Positions 34,322 to 45,909 of a stretch of DNA of 64,000 nucleotides are shown one piece after another. Source of the stretch: Diplonema japonicum (taxonomy: Eukaryota > Protista > Euglenozoa: Diplonemea); assembly GCA_964019335.1 (NCBI GenBank), contig OZ025670.1:1-64000 (forward strand), in the 5' to 3' direction. The notes beneath the pieces are model-generated. The model made no database searches. It worked only from the letters and a program-made list of their open reading frames with translations, and was not told the origin of the DNA. The position numbers and the translations under genes are program-made. Every line of letters starts with the position of its first letter. Positions within the stretch are counted from its first letter, which is position 1.

Positions 34322-36100
34322 ATGGCTGTCACGTGTGGTGACGATGTCGATCCTTTAAGTGAAGCGGTGAAAGAATGCCTTAAATACCTGTTCGAAACAG
34401 CAACAGCATTGACAAAATGTGAGGAAGGTGGCGAGCAGCTGGCTGTAAACGAGCATAATGTCTACTATGTCTCAGCTCCCACACGTAAGGGGATGGATGT
34501 GTTGGTCAAGGTCGGTGACCTTCTTCTGAAGAGTGTTGCTGCACTGAAGGGAGCAGTTGTCGATCAGATGCTTACGGTGCTAGAGTACACGAGAGATAAA
34601 GACACCCAGTTGCGACCCTCAACCCCTTCGCCTTGCGACGCTCCGAAGACTCCAGAGCCCCCCAGAGGCCCCCTCGTGCGCCATCGCAGCATGACGCCTA
34701 ACAGTGGCGGTGATTACCTCTCGTCTTACCTTTACCTTCATTTGAGAAGTCTTGTGCATCACGTTGGTGCAGGCTCTGCTTCCTTGTGGTTTGAAGGTAC
34801 TGGGATCAGTACGACAAGAAAGATCCTCAAACGAACGATCAGGTATCCGATCGAAGGTGGCCTGCACGACAGTCTATCAGTCAGCAATGGGGTTGGCGCG
34901 GTAGTTCTGCAGACAGGTGTTGCGGTGAACTTGAAGGCAACACAGTCATCAGCATTGTTCACACCGGAGACCGAACGGGCTGTTGGCCGCACGAATTCAC
35001 TACTCTGCTTCCCTCTCTGCAGGGCCGACTCCGCTTGCAATGGCGTCGTCTTTGTTTGCAATCGGCGCACAAAGGAAGGACTTTTCTCGAAGATAGATGA
35101 GATGGCCGTCCGCAACGCTGTGGAGTTGGTATCTGTCACAATGTCTTCGTATCATGCCTCGCTCTTCTATCGCAACGTTGACAAAAGCGTGATCCTCAGC
35201 GAGCACGACATACCCGACGAAATAGAATTCTCCGGACCTTCAGAAGAACTATTGCAAAGATTCAACAGCAGCAAAAAGGGTCAATTGATCTATCGCACTG
35301 GGTGCCGCCCTATGCATTTGTCGGGAAAAGAGACTATTACTGCAAAATCTGTGATGATGGACGGTTCGAACCTCAGTGACCTATCGCAACAGCTGAACTG
35401 GGTGGAAATGATGTGGAGGACCTCACTTGATGAAAACTCTGTACTACATTCAGAGTGCAGGTGGTGGCAGGGCAGAGTCGCAGAAGCGACTGCTAAAGTG
35501 CGATGGTTGCAGAAACAAATGGAGAGAGCACAGCGGACAACCGACCTGGGCTCCGTGAAGCACATCCTCTCACAACTCCCACCGGAGCCTAGGACATTGC
35601 AAGATAAACCCAATACGGAAAAGATACGGTGTTACACACAGCACAATCTGAATGAGTTCGATGCCATTTCAAATACTTGGAACGCGGCACTTGGATTGCC
35701 GACTGAAGACAAGAGCATTCAGACCGACAGGCTTCCCACGCGGTTGTCCAGAAAAAAAACGCGCAAATTGACTTTCGGCTACTTTGCTTCCACCACGGGA
35801 TCGATCGCTAGTCCACCTCTTTCCATGAACTCTAGCGCAGTACCCCCAACTTTGCCGGAAGGTACCACGGAGCGTGTGTCCATGCCAAGGCAAACACCTT
35901 TGCGCATCCCCCGCCACCCTACTCTCGATTTTGCTTCGAGACAAGAAACAAGCTCAGCTGCTGACATACGGCAAAGTTCCTTTGAGCTCACGAAGTACGA
36001 CAGACAAGAATTGGGGAACCTTGAGTCTCCTTTCTACACTGGCTCGGAGCTAACATTTCTGGCAAATAGAGCTAGCTTTCCAACTAGCACTGCCAAGTAA
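34322..36100 (+). CDS. GAF-domain protein, 592 aa
   Basis: GVGAVVLQTGVAVNL..TNSLLCFPL..GVVFVCNRR..FSKIDE is a GAF signature (NK/FD-E-like); no catalytic domain seen. Confidence 0.75.
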   Translation: MAVTCGDDVDPLSEAVKECLKYLFETATALTKCEEGGEQLAVNEHNVYYVSAPTRKGMDVLVKVGDLLLKSVAALKGAVVDQMLTVLEYTRDKDTQLRPSTPSPCDAPKTPEPPRGPLVRHRSMTPNSGGDYLSSYLYLHLRSLVHHVGAGSASLWFEGTGISTTRKILKRTIRYPIEGGLHDSLSVSNGVGAVVLQTGVAVNLKATQSSALFTPETERAVGRTNSLLCFPLCRADSACNGVVFVCNRRTKEGLFSKIDEMAVRNAVELVSVTMSSYHASLFYRNVDKSVILSEHDIPDEIEFSGPSEELLQRFNSSKKGQLIYRTGCRPMHLSGKETITAKSVMMDGSNLSDLSQQLNWVEMMWRTSLDENSVLHSECRWWQGRVAEATAKVRWLQKQMERAQRTTDLGSVKHILSQLPPEPRTLQDKPNTEKIRCYTQHNLNEFDAISNTWNAALGLPTEDKSIQTDRLPTRLSRKKTRKLTFGYFASTTGSIASPPLSMNSSAVPPTLPEGTTERVSMPRQTPLRIPRHPTLDFASRQETSSAADIRQSSFELTKYDRQELGNLESPFYTGSELTFLANRASFPTSTAK

Positions 36101-36148
36101 CTTTCTCTTCTCTTCTTGATGTCTGATCACATGGTCGATAAAGGAAAT

Positions 36149-37543
36149 ATGAACAAATATGTCGGTCCCATGATGTATATTGCGGGCTGGCTCACGTGGG
36201 CATGGTTCATCGTGATGCTAGTACAATTTCCTCCTGAGAAAGGTGCGCCGTGGTCGGAGTTGTGGCAACATGTTGTTGGATGGTGTGCTGTGTTGCTGGT
36301 GTTTTCATTTGGATATCTAGTCCCTATCCCAGCACCTTTGGGGTCCGGTATTGTCTTGCTGCCCTTCCCCGATGCTTTGGTACAGAGCCACACTGAACTC
36401 ATCATTGTCGTGTTCCCCATAATTTTCTTCAGCTTGTACCTCAGCGGTCGGTGGGGTGTGTGGTACTGCTGGTCATGGTACCAGTTAGCCGTGATATGCC
36501 ACGTGGCTAAGAAATGTATTCAGAAAAAGGCATCCGACCGCTTGATGAGGGAAGCAAAAGAAGCCCATAGTCAACTAGGGACTTGGATAGACGCCGAGCT
36601 CGTGGAGCCGCCCTCAGAGCCTGTTGTCGCACAGCTGCCGTTCCTTGGAAGAGGTGCTTTGGTTCTTTCAATGCATCATTTCTTGACCGAAGTGAAAGTA
36701 GATGTGAAATCCAACAATGGCTGCAGGGCATCGCGGCAGATAGTGATGGACATATGGCGCCGCGATACTGACATCGAAGTTAAGCGGCCAGTGCTGTTTT
36801 TCATCCACGGAGGCGCGTGGGTGGCAGGTAACCACAGGAGACATGCTGTCGTAGGCTTCATTTACAGGATGCTTCACCGTGGGTGGATCGTCGTGTCCTG
36901 TAGTTATAGAAAGAATAAGTGGCCTGTCCATATCCTGGACTGTGCTGAAGGACTTCGCTGGGTACACGACAACATCGAAGGATATGGGGGCAGTGTTGAA
37001 AAGGGCATCACGATGTGTGGTGCAAGTGCGGGGGGGCAGCTTGCTGCCATGATAACAGCGGTCGCCTGTTCCCAACGAAATTGCCCGACAGAGCTCCATG
37101 ACATGTATCTGAGAGTTAAAGATATTAAGATACGGGCTTTCCTCGGCTGGTACCCTGCTCTAGATCCGAAAGATGATTGCCGCGCTGGTGTTTCATGGCC
37201 GTCATGTATCAGTAAGGAGTCTCTGATGGAGTGGTTCTTCAGGATTCTTGTCAAGCCTAGTTACGGGTGGGAATCAGTTCAGCCCACGTGGTTGGTCACG
37301 CAAGGACAGTGCGACACTTTCCCACCTTGCTTGATCCTGCATGGTACCCACGACAGCGTGGTGCCTTATGGCCACTCTTTATTCTTCCTATCGGAGCTAC
37401 GTACTGTTCGTAGGCACCCTGACGACGTCCTCCTTCCAATGCATTACATCAGACACACATATGAGCTGTGTCCTTCACCTGTTCTCGACACTTCAATAAC
37501 AGTAGCCGCAGCGTGGCTCGCGCTCATAAATTCCAGAGATTAA
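36149..37543 (+). CDS. Membrane-anchored alpha/beta hydrolase (HSL-like esterase)
   Basis: FIHGGAW oxyanion motif, GASAGG nucleophile, HGTHDSVVP, RHTYE; 3-4 N-terminal hydrophobic segments. Start could be 36119 or 36131 instead. Confidence 0.85.
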   Translation: MNKYVGPMMYIAGWLTWAWFIVMLVQFPPEKGAPWSELWQHVVGWCAVLLVFSFGYLVPIPAPLGSGIVLLPFPDALVQSHTELIIVVFPIIFFSLYLSGRWGVWYCWSWYQLAVICHVAKKCIQKKASDRLMREAKEAHSQLGTWIDAELVEPPSEPVVAQLPFLGRGALVLSMHHFLTEVKVDVKSNNGCRASRQIVMDIWRRDTDIEVKRPVLFFIHGGAWVAGNHRRHAVVGFIYRMLHRGWIVVSCSYRKNKWPVHILDCAEGLRWVHDNIEGYGGSVEKGITMCGASAGGQLAAMITAVACSQRNCPTELHDMYLRVKDIKIRAFLGWYPALDPKDDCRAGVSWPSCISKESLMEWFFRILVKPSYGWESVQPTWLVTQGQCDTFPPCLILHGTHDSVVPYGHSLFFLSELRTVRRHPDDVLLPMHYIRHTYELCPSPVLDTSITVAAAWLALINSRD

Positions 37544-37665
37544 TTCCTTCTTAGCTTCTTTTGTTCACCGTTTTTCAGGTGTTCTAGCCACCGTTGTTCC
37601 TCAGAGATATTTCGAAAGTGGTACCCCGAGACAAACAAATATCAAGCAAGCACGCAGGTAATAAT

Positions 37666-38868
37666 ATGCTTGAGCACCCCCAAGAAAGCAATAGTTACAC
37701 CAGCTACTATGAACCGGGGATGAACGTTGTTGCACCGCCAGATGTAGTCGGGATCTTGCCGCCTGCAGTACCGTATGCAACTCCTTTGTCACCAAAGCGT
37801 CCTCCTGTTGCGCCCATAAGCTTCTCGATACCCCAAGAATACATAATGTCAATCCAATCGCCCCCGCCTTCAGCCACCACACGGGATGCCAACCTGCCGC
37901 CTCGGTTGGGTTTGGAGATCAGTACATTACGTGCAAATCACTCTTTACCGCAGACACCCTTCCCCGTGCACGCAGACACTCTTTCCCAGGCACCCACACA
38001 GCTGGCAAGTGTCGATGAAGTACTGTATGAAATCGAAGAAGTGGAACGCAAGAAGTTCGCAGCACTACAGCAAAAGGAACAACTAGCGCAGATGGAAACA
38101 CACGCACAGACCCTAGCCGAAATGCAAGACCCACGAGAGGCAGAACTAGCTTCGTTATCTTTCGAGAACATGCAGGAAGACCCGAACCATCCACAGCCGC
38201 TGGCCCCTTTGAAGAGATCCACATCCATCGTCATCGTCAAGCCCGATGCCAGAACGTCACTGGGCTTGGAATTCGCTAGTGAGTCACCACTAATCTTGAA
38301 GTCAGTCTCAAAGGGGTCACCAGCTGCAATGTCAGGCGTGGAAGTGTTTAACGGGAGGTGTCTGCAGGCAATCAACAACAACCCTGTGTTCACAGTGCAC
38401 GAATTGAGAAGATACGCGGAAGGCAACCCGAGGATTTGTCTGACTTTTTCAGATGAAGTTTTTCTGAGTGCGCACATCTACCAACCGCTGGAACCGAGCC
38501 AAACACGAGGGCGCACCCAGAGCTGGGACCAAGGACTACCTCGGCAACAGGATGTTGACGTACTTTCACCTGAGATAAGTGCCAAGTTAATCCATCAAGA
38601 AATATCCGGCAGGCAACGGGCAAAGGACGGAGAAGCCATGGCATGGGTGGCTTTGATGGGTAAAATTGTTTCTGAAGCGAGAACCCTCAGTGTGTACAAG
38701 AGGGAATCAAGAGAGCATGCCTTGTTTCCACGAGAACGACTACCAGATGTTGTTCCCAGAAACCCACTTAATTCTGCAAGAGACTTGTCACCGACAAGAC
38801 CACAGCAGCCGAGTTGGGTACGCATCCAGGACAACAACATCGAGAACGTGATGTGGATGCAGCAATGA
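37666..38868 (+). CDS. Protein with an atypical PDZ-like domain, ~400 aa
   Basis: SLGLEF..LILKSVSKGSPAAMSG..GRCLQAINNNPV. Possible 5'-UTR intron at 37621-37657. Confidence 0.72.
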   Translation: MLEHPQESNSYTSYYEPGMNVVAPPDVVGILPPAVPYATPLSPKRPPVAPISFSIPQEYIMSIQSPPPSATTRDANLPPRLGLEISTLRANHSLPQTPFPVHADTLSQAPTQLASVDEVLYEIEEVERKKFAALQQKEQLAQMETHAQTLAEMQDPREAELASLSFENMQEDPNHPQPLAPLKRSTSIVIVKPDARTSLGLEFASESPLILKSVSKGSPAAMSGVEVFNGRCLQAINNNPVFTVHELRRYAEGNPRICLTFSDEVFLSAHIYQPLEPSQTRGRTQSWDQGLPRQQDVDVLSPEISAKLIHQEISGRQRAKDGEAMAWVALMGKIVSEARTLSVYKRESREHALFPRERLPDVVPRNPLNSARDLSPTRPQQPSWVRIQDNNIENVMWMQQ

Positions 38869-38940
38869 TGTATGGATGGTAGATTTGTATTGTAATGAAC
38901 CAGTTTGTTGCCACACACTCACTCACACTATCTCAGAACA

Positions 38941-40113
38941 ATGGTGCTATCAGAGCGGAATTTTGAGGAGGCGTTACGCAGCATACGGAGATATGGAAAG
39001 AAGGAAATGAACTACAAGAAGCTAGGGAAAGCGTTGCCTGGCGATCTAGGCCTCGATGTGACGAAGTGGGCCGAGGAAGGGGTGCGTGAGTCCGAACCGG
39101 TACACCCTCTTGCAAAACAGTACCAATTTAACGACGGGGTAGGCCAGGGAATGCAAGTGAATACTCTGAATATTGAAGACACAGGAGAGGGACACGAACG
39201 GCGTGAATGGCTATTTGTGGGAATGGCACAAGCGAATATCCCAGAATGGTCGCGGCAGAATGTAGGGGGCTTGGTACTGAAAGATCTAGCTGACCAATGC
39301 AACGCAAAGTGGAAACGCTACAAGAATGGCTACCAATGCGTGCTGAGCAAAGAGCACTGGTACACCCCGTCCCCGCAAAAGAAGTTCCTCAACAGGTATT
39401 ATGCTGACCAGCAAGCAGAAGTCCTCAAAAGGATAATTACGCAACAGCACCCCAAAGCAGTCCTTTGGGTGCCAGCATGCCCTGTGGAAGAGGTCCCTTC
39501 AGCACTTATGAACTTCATGTACAAGGAGCGCTTCCACCCAAGCAGAATAATCTTCGTATCTGGCGACCGACAATACCCAGTGGGAAAGTGCCAGTACAGG
39601 TCAAACAATGGGAGGGACATAACGTTTTTAAGCGGTATCTCGAAGAAAGACAAACTTCCCATCCCCAAGTCTTTTGACATTCATGGATATAAACAAGTAA
39701 AAAAGCAGCTGGGTCACACACGTGCCCTACGTGTGGGCGTGGGCGATCACGTTCCTGACGACCCGTTTGTCGTCTTTTCCGAGAAAGAGAGGAACTTCGT
39801 TTCGGAGTACCAGTTCCCTGTTATCCACAATGCACTGTTCCTCTTCGCCTCGGGGTTAACGGGGAAAGCACAAGAAACCCTGCAGAAGGATATCGACATG
39901 ACACGGAAACACATGGAAGACGTGGAGCAATCGCATGTCACTAGCCAATATGAAATCGACAGCGACGATGCATCTGGCCACACCGAAGTGCTGCTTCAGA
40001 GGCAACGAGACAGGGAAGCTCTCTCCCAATTGGAGGTGCGACAGGAGGAAACAGTGCGCAAGTCTGCTTTAGGGCGGTTTATGCGCAAGCGAGAACTTGC
40101 ATCGAAAACTTGA
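38941..40113 (+). CDS. Peptidyl-tRNA hydrolase (Pth)-like protein, apparently catalytically degenerate, 390 aa
   Basis: WLFVGMAQ..SRQNVG (cf. LIVGLGN..TRHNxG), IHGYKQVKKQLG (cf. HNGLKDI), ALRVGVG (cf. RLRIGIG), FSEKE. Confidence 0.7.
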   Translation: MVLSERNFEEALRSIRRYGKKEMNYKKLGKALPGDLGLDVTKWAEEGVRESEPVHPLAKQYQFNDGVGQGMQVNTLNIEDTGEGHERREWLFVGMAQANIPEWSRQNVGGLVLKDLADQCNAKWKRYKNGYQCVLSKEHWYTPSPQKKFLNRYYADQQAEVLKRIITQQHPKAVLWVPACPVEEVPSALMNFMYKERFHPSRIIFVSGDRQYPVGKCQYRSNNGRDITFLSGISKKDKLPIPKSFDIHGYKQVKKQLGHTRALRVGVGDHVPDDPFVVFSEKERNFVSEYQFPVIHNALFLFASGLTGKAQETLQKDIDMTRKHMEDVEQSHVTSQYEIDSDDASGHTEVLLQRQRDREALSQLEVRQEETVRKSALGRFMRKRELASKT

Positions 40114-40186
40114 CACAACCTATGCCTGTTGGCATGGCTGTATATTCCTCATATTATTTACCTGCAGCTATGAACACACAGGAGGG

Positions 40187-41394
40187 ATGGGTCTCTCTTT
40201 CTCCTCAAGGCGAAAGGGGAGTACAGAAGACATCACACAATCACAGTTACCAGATGCAGACGAATCGGCCACACAGAACGCGCATTATGAGGTGCCAGTC
40301 AGTGTCACGGAGACGAAGTCCTTGCTCTTCTACGGCAAAGCAAGCCCCCTTAGCTATGCGATAGAGAAGTCGGAAGTAATCCCCATCACAATGGTCATCC
40401 TACAGGCCGAGCGACAGGCGCGGGATGTCATCATAGCAAGGGAACAGGGCAACCTTGACCTTGTAAGGAATGAGTACCGCAAGACACTCGACAGCGTGCT
40501 GGTGAGAGAGAGAAACAGGGGGAGCCTGACTGATGTACTGCCGATCGTGTTTGACTATCTGCCCCTTCTGTCTGTCATGCCGCTGGGCAGGGTGTGCAGG
40601 GAATGGCGAGGATACTTGGGCCCCAATGGCATCAATTACATTGTTTACACATTTGGCGCCTTCTTGAACAAAGGCAGCAACCGAGCACCGTTGCAGTTCA
40701 CGAGACGTGGCCTCACTGAGATCACGATGGGTGTCATGTGGCAGGAGAGTGGTAAAGAGCTGGGGGCGACAGTAAGGGTAGCGGACGTGGAGAGGGTGAA
40801 GGAGGCACAAGGAAGTGACATCAGTGGTGGAAGTACATGGGTCCAGTATTGCGAAAAATTCGGAAGAGTAGAAGACTTTGTGAGTGATGACTTGGAGGTG
40901 GTGTTCCCTGATGGCGAACGGCGCTGGTTTGCGATGAAAGCTTTGGAGGGGTCGAAGAGGGAGCGGTGGATCGTAAGGATCCCGCCTGGGCCGTATTGGA
41001 TCGAGATGTGGGTCATGGGCAGCATTGTACAGCTTGTCACTGTCCTCAAGGAGCTCCACACTCCGAGCACCGACTCCATGCCGTGGACCCTCCAGCCTGT
41101 GTGGCCAATGAAAACTCTAAAATGTGAACAAGTTGCGCTTGATCATGAGACTTTCTACATAAAGGCTCCCAACACAGGACAAGAACCTTGGCAAGCTTTG
41201 GGGCCCCAGAGCGGAATCACAAACTACACAGTCGTACTAGGCAAGCCTTTGGTGCCTGAAATATTATTTGGGTATGCGAAGTCCCTTCTACGGAACTCAC
41301 ACACAGGCATGCGACACCCCAGCGGTCCATGACACCCACAGCAAAGCTCCTCGACACTGTGACGCACATCGAGTCGCACTTCATCAAACAGTGA
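40187..41394 (+). CDS. F-box-like protein with a Mind-bomb-type SH3-like repeat, possible N-myristoylation, ~390 aa
   Basis: MGLSFS; F-box-like LTDVLPIVFDYLP..LGRVCREWR; LGATVRVADVERVKEAQ..GRV..LEVVFPDGERRWFAMKAL. Probable intron 41272-41306 (GTATG..CACAG); without it the ORF stops at 41332. Confidence 0.7.
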
Positions 41395-42156
41395 TGTTTG
41401 CATTACTAAAGTACTGGTTCGCAGAAGCCACCCTGTTCGAGCAATGATATTTATCAACTTTGCCACTAGGGCTCGACACCGAGAAGTACAAGCGAGAAAT
41501 GAATGTGGAACCCATTCCTGACTTCCAAATTTTTAAACAAAAAAGAGATTGAAGATGCAACCAATGGCGAGGGGAGAGGATAACGTTTTATTTTTGTCTT
41601 TTACATGGACCTTGACTGCGTCTAGAAGTTTTGCCCCCTTTTTACCTTCTTTCCTTCCGAAAAGCGGACAAGAGACATGCGCCATGGGAGTGGACAGTAG
41701 GCGACCGTATCGAAGTAGTTACCCATACCGACCCCTGTATTACGAGCGCAGTCTCTTCAAGCTGATAGAAGAGACAGGTCCGAGGCACAGTGTCCTTCGT
41801 CTCAATGGAGGGCCACTGAATCACAGAAGCTACGGGAGTTGAAAGGGCATACAGGACAGAGTGTGGCACAAGCTATGCTCCAGAAGGGGACCATTAGTAG
41901 ATAGAAACCCGCACCAGGTGAGTCACATTGCCTTCTACATTGACTTGTACTTTTGCGAATGCCGCCTCTTTGTGCACCTTTTCGTTTCGTTTTGTTACCC
42001 CCTTCCCTTCCTTTCTTTTAGCTTAATCTTTATAGCGGGTCTAAGAGTACCGTGCTAGCAGAGGATTTTACCTTAGTTGATTCTAGTGGCCACCCATACC
42101 AGAAGTTAACCACCACAGACAGGGGGGGTGTCAACTGACAGGTGCCGTAGGGCGTC

Positions 42157-43431
42157 ATGGCTGTGACGAGGAATACGGTGAACCAGGCGGTTGCACTGCT
42201 GGTGTTTTTGTATGTACGTGCACCCACCTAATGCACACACAGGGTGCTTTTCTACTACGCTTGGAGCAAAGACATGTTGTTCAAGCCTGATCCAGCTATC
42301 CCTATTAAAGGAGCCAAGCCAAGAAAGGACCGGGCTGTGGACATGTACGCCTTCCCCACTTTGCCTTCCTTTTACGCTTCAGCCGACAAAGCTGACGAGT
42401 TGCAGCATCTCTACGAAACTGACAAGGACGCTATGCAACTTGCAAGGCGCATGGCACAGGTGTACAGCAAACACTATGCGCCTGATAAACCAGAGCACCC
42501 ACTCTTCATGGACGTGGCGAGCCCTTGGAGCACGTGGGGTGTCTACATGGCGGCTATGGGGATGAAGTCGAGCATCCTGCAGCCACGGTATGGGTTATCC
42601 ACTCCTGTAGACTTACTACTAGAACATCCCACTACCGGAGGGTAGATGCAGCACTATCATTTGGGAAACTCACCAAACATGGGAGACTGTCGAGGAAGGC
42701 TCTTTCCGATAAGAGGCAGCCCATTGGTTACGACACCACAAAGAATATATGGCTGTCCGTGGGGTCACGGTATGCAGTGCACATCGCACATGAACTCACA
42801 CGCAAACGCACGCACAGGGTGGCGAAAGGTGAAGATATCGACGTGACAACGACAGTCGAGTATCAGGATGAGATGGGCCGCTCCGTGGCCTTTATGGTGC
42901 ACATTGGCACAGAAGCTAAGCTGTTGCCTTCTCTGAAAGGGGCAACCAACCCCAACTTTGTGCGGTATGGAGGCAGGAATAAAAAAGCACGATCACAGGC
43001 CCAAAGCACTGCTGGTAGACGTGGCCTCAAGGGGCAATGCTGTTGTCGACTACACACAAGAGAACACTGGTAAGCACCTCGACGACCTTCTGGCTGTTGG
43101 GGTGCAGCTGCAAAACGAAGGCTTCTCCATGAAGCTTGTTCCCCAAAAGGAGTGCCCTGTGAACACAACAGCCTACACAAATGAAACCTTTCTGGAACAC
43201 AATGTTCTGAAGGTGCTCGACTCTCAGCAGGCTGACCTTCTGAAGCAGCTTTATGCACTTGCCACAACCCCTAACCCACAGCCAATGTGCCGTGTGATGT
43301 GGCTGAAACAGGCAGATTTCGAAAAATCAACCCCTCCTTTTGTGTTTCTTACCTTTGTAGGTCTCAAACTTCTCTGCGTGTTGTTTATGTGCTACAGAAA
43401 AAAGAAGAAAGCAGTTTCTAGAAGCTTATAG
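42157..43431 (+). CDS. Double membrane-anchored FkbM-like methyltransferase-fold protein (degenerate), ~374-390 aa
   Basis: Introns 42210-42242, 42588-42622 and 42965-42998 (plus probable in-frame 42770-42817) join the pieces. LFMDVASPWSTWGVYMAAMG..ILQP..KALSD resembles the FkbM N-half. N- and C-terminal TM segments. Confidence 0.7.
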
Positions 43432-43485
43432 TTCCCGCCTTCATTTCGGTAACATCCACAGCGTACCATTCTTTTAGGATATGTT

Positions 43486-45788
43486 ATGAGTCTCTCCCCA
43501 CATGTTGTGAAGGACGGTCCTTCCCTTCCACCTCTCCTGGAGAGTGATGAGAACTTTGGTGAAGTAAAAGTTAGAATAGACAAACTGCTTTGGAACATAC
43601 CTAGGCAGGAACAGCCTGTGAAAGTTAAAGTGCAGGCGCTGTGGTGGGGGGGCAATCTTAAGGCAGAACCTGTGTTCAATGTGTCACACTCCCTGCAACG
43701 CAGCTTGGCGACCACTGTGCGATATCCGATGCATGCGACCAGAAACGAGTTTAAAAAATATATCAGAGACATGATGCGAAGCGAAGGGCTCTTAATACAG
43801 ATACGGAAGGAGCCCAAAACCCTTATGGGAATAGCACGAGTGGACTTGACTCCCTTGCTGCATGATAAGCAGACGCAAGGATATTACAACGTCGAGGACA
43901 AGTCTGGCACAGTCATCGCGAGGGCTAAAATAAAAATAAATTGTGTCTTCGTTCAGGAATCACTCGACGACAGAAGTGAAGTTGTCCCTGCAGTTGTCCC
44001 TGCCCCCCCTTCCCCTTCCCCTGCTCCTGTTTATGATCGTCCTCCCGTAACTGTCGAAGTGCAAGAAACTTCGGTGCCGACATGTGTTGAGATAGACAGG
44101 CCTGCCCCGGCACCCGTGCCACTGAGGAACACCACTCCGGAGGCTGTTGTGGGTAGGCACACTTCTAGGACCCCCTCATCAAGATCGCCCAGTGCTGCAC
44201 ATCAGGAAATGTCACCAGATCTGCGGACGGGGTCACCGACTGTCACCTTGTCGACTGTCTTCGATAAAGCACTGCAAATGAAACAAGAGTTGCAGCGATG
44301 CTCTTCGACAACAACAGTCGAATCATACGAAGCACGCTTGGCACAGGAAGTGCAGCCGCGTGCTGCAAAACATGCTGACATTCTTGCTACCCTCCCCCCT
44401 CCTATGTACATCCCTCACCTGCTGGGTGACGACACCGACGATAGCGACGACAGTTGTGACATAGTGCTAGAGAATCTCGGTAAACAGACACACCATGAAG
44501 CAGTTGTACCAAAGGGAGATATGAAGAAAAATACAGCAGAGAAAGCACAAAATGTTACACAAATCCCATCACCCAAAGCAGTGTCCGTGGAACGGATAGA
44601 AGCCCTGAATACATTAGTCATCAAACTCGGGAGATTGAAACTCTTCAGAGAACAGGACGCTTCGACCGGTATCTTCGTGACCTGTAGGTATCTAGCTTCG
44701 CGTTGTGTCGTGTACGCAGCAGGTACTACCACACGGCTCCCTGTTGTTGGGGAGAAACTTCTCCTTAACGGCACCGACACCACGGAAGAGGATAAGGCGG
44801 TGCACATAAAACTTTCTTCTTATCACCCGACCACCTCCCATATTGTGCTGGAATTCACACTGCACCACCAAGACGGGTACACCACATGCCTTGGCATTCT
44901 TGACCTCCCTTCTGTCGAGTGGCTGCTCTCAGGTTCTCAGCTGCGCACTTACACTGTACACGACTCACTCACGGACACACCATCGTTGACTCTGACGGCA
45001 GGGGTTTCTATTCATGAATCTGAAGGAGTGGCAACTGCACAGCAGCCCATTCAAGAAAACGTGCCCCAGCCAACGGAGGTTCCTAAGGACGAAATGAAGG
45101 TTTGGAGTTTGTTTCTTGTCCCAACACAATACCACAGATGCGAACTGTAGAAGTCGTACACACCTACATAGCCAACCCCAGTAGGCCGCAAGCTCCGGAA
45201 CCGCAACAATCATTTGCCCCGGAGAACAGTGCCCATTTCCAGCCTGTGACCAGAACACGGGAGGTCAGGCTTGCTATTACCATCGGGCATGTGGATGATC
45301 TGCCACTGATCTCTTATGGCGAAGGAGAGGTGGTGCCTGCTTGCTATATCGAAGTGGCGGGTGTCTACACTAAGATACAGGAGGGCTGCTCTCCAAGATG
45401 GGACGAGGAGCTTGTCGTCGCTGTTATCGACGGCTGGGTCACTCTCAAGCTGTGGCATGTAAGTAGCTCCGGTAGTCATCTTATAGGAACATGTAGCTTC
45501 CCAGCACCTAGCACGCCAACGCCTATGCGTTCGATCATCCTGGAGCCGCCTTTGGGGTCCGCTCTTGAGGGCGCCTTGGGCAGCATCACGCTCGCGGCAA
45601 GGCCCTACAGCGAAATGTCAACCCGCACCCTTCCACATCTCTCGCTACAGCCGCCTGCACAAGTTCAGAAAGTGCATCATTCACCTGTTCTTTCTCCTGC
45701 CCCTCCCTCCGTCTCTCTGTCAAGCCTCAAGTTAGAGCTGGACTCTCTTAATCAGCATCTCCACAACCGCTTAGAATCCCTTCAATAG
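43486..45788 (+). CDS. C2CD3: C2CD3-like centriole/basal-body C2-domain protein, ~754 aa
   Basis: SLPPLL..VRIDKLLW..VKVQALWWG..TTVRYP..FKKYIRDM matches the C2CD3 N-terminal C2 domain; there is also a C-terminal C2 (SPRWDEEL). Intron 45100-45137. Much shorter than animal C2CD3. Confidence 0.72.
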
Positions 45789-45909
45789 ATTATCTTTAGA
45801 GTTATTACCCCACTCTTAAGTCGCTCTTGAGCGTCAGCATTTAGTAGTCGTTTCGTAATCAGTTTTATTTTTGCGCCGCCTATGCTGGGTTTATATCTCA
45901 AAAAGGGAA

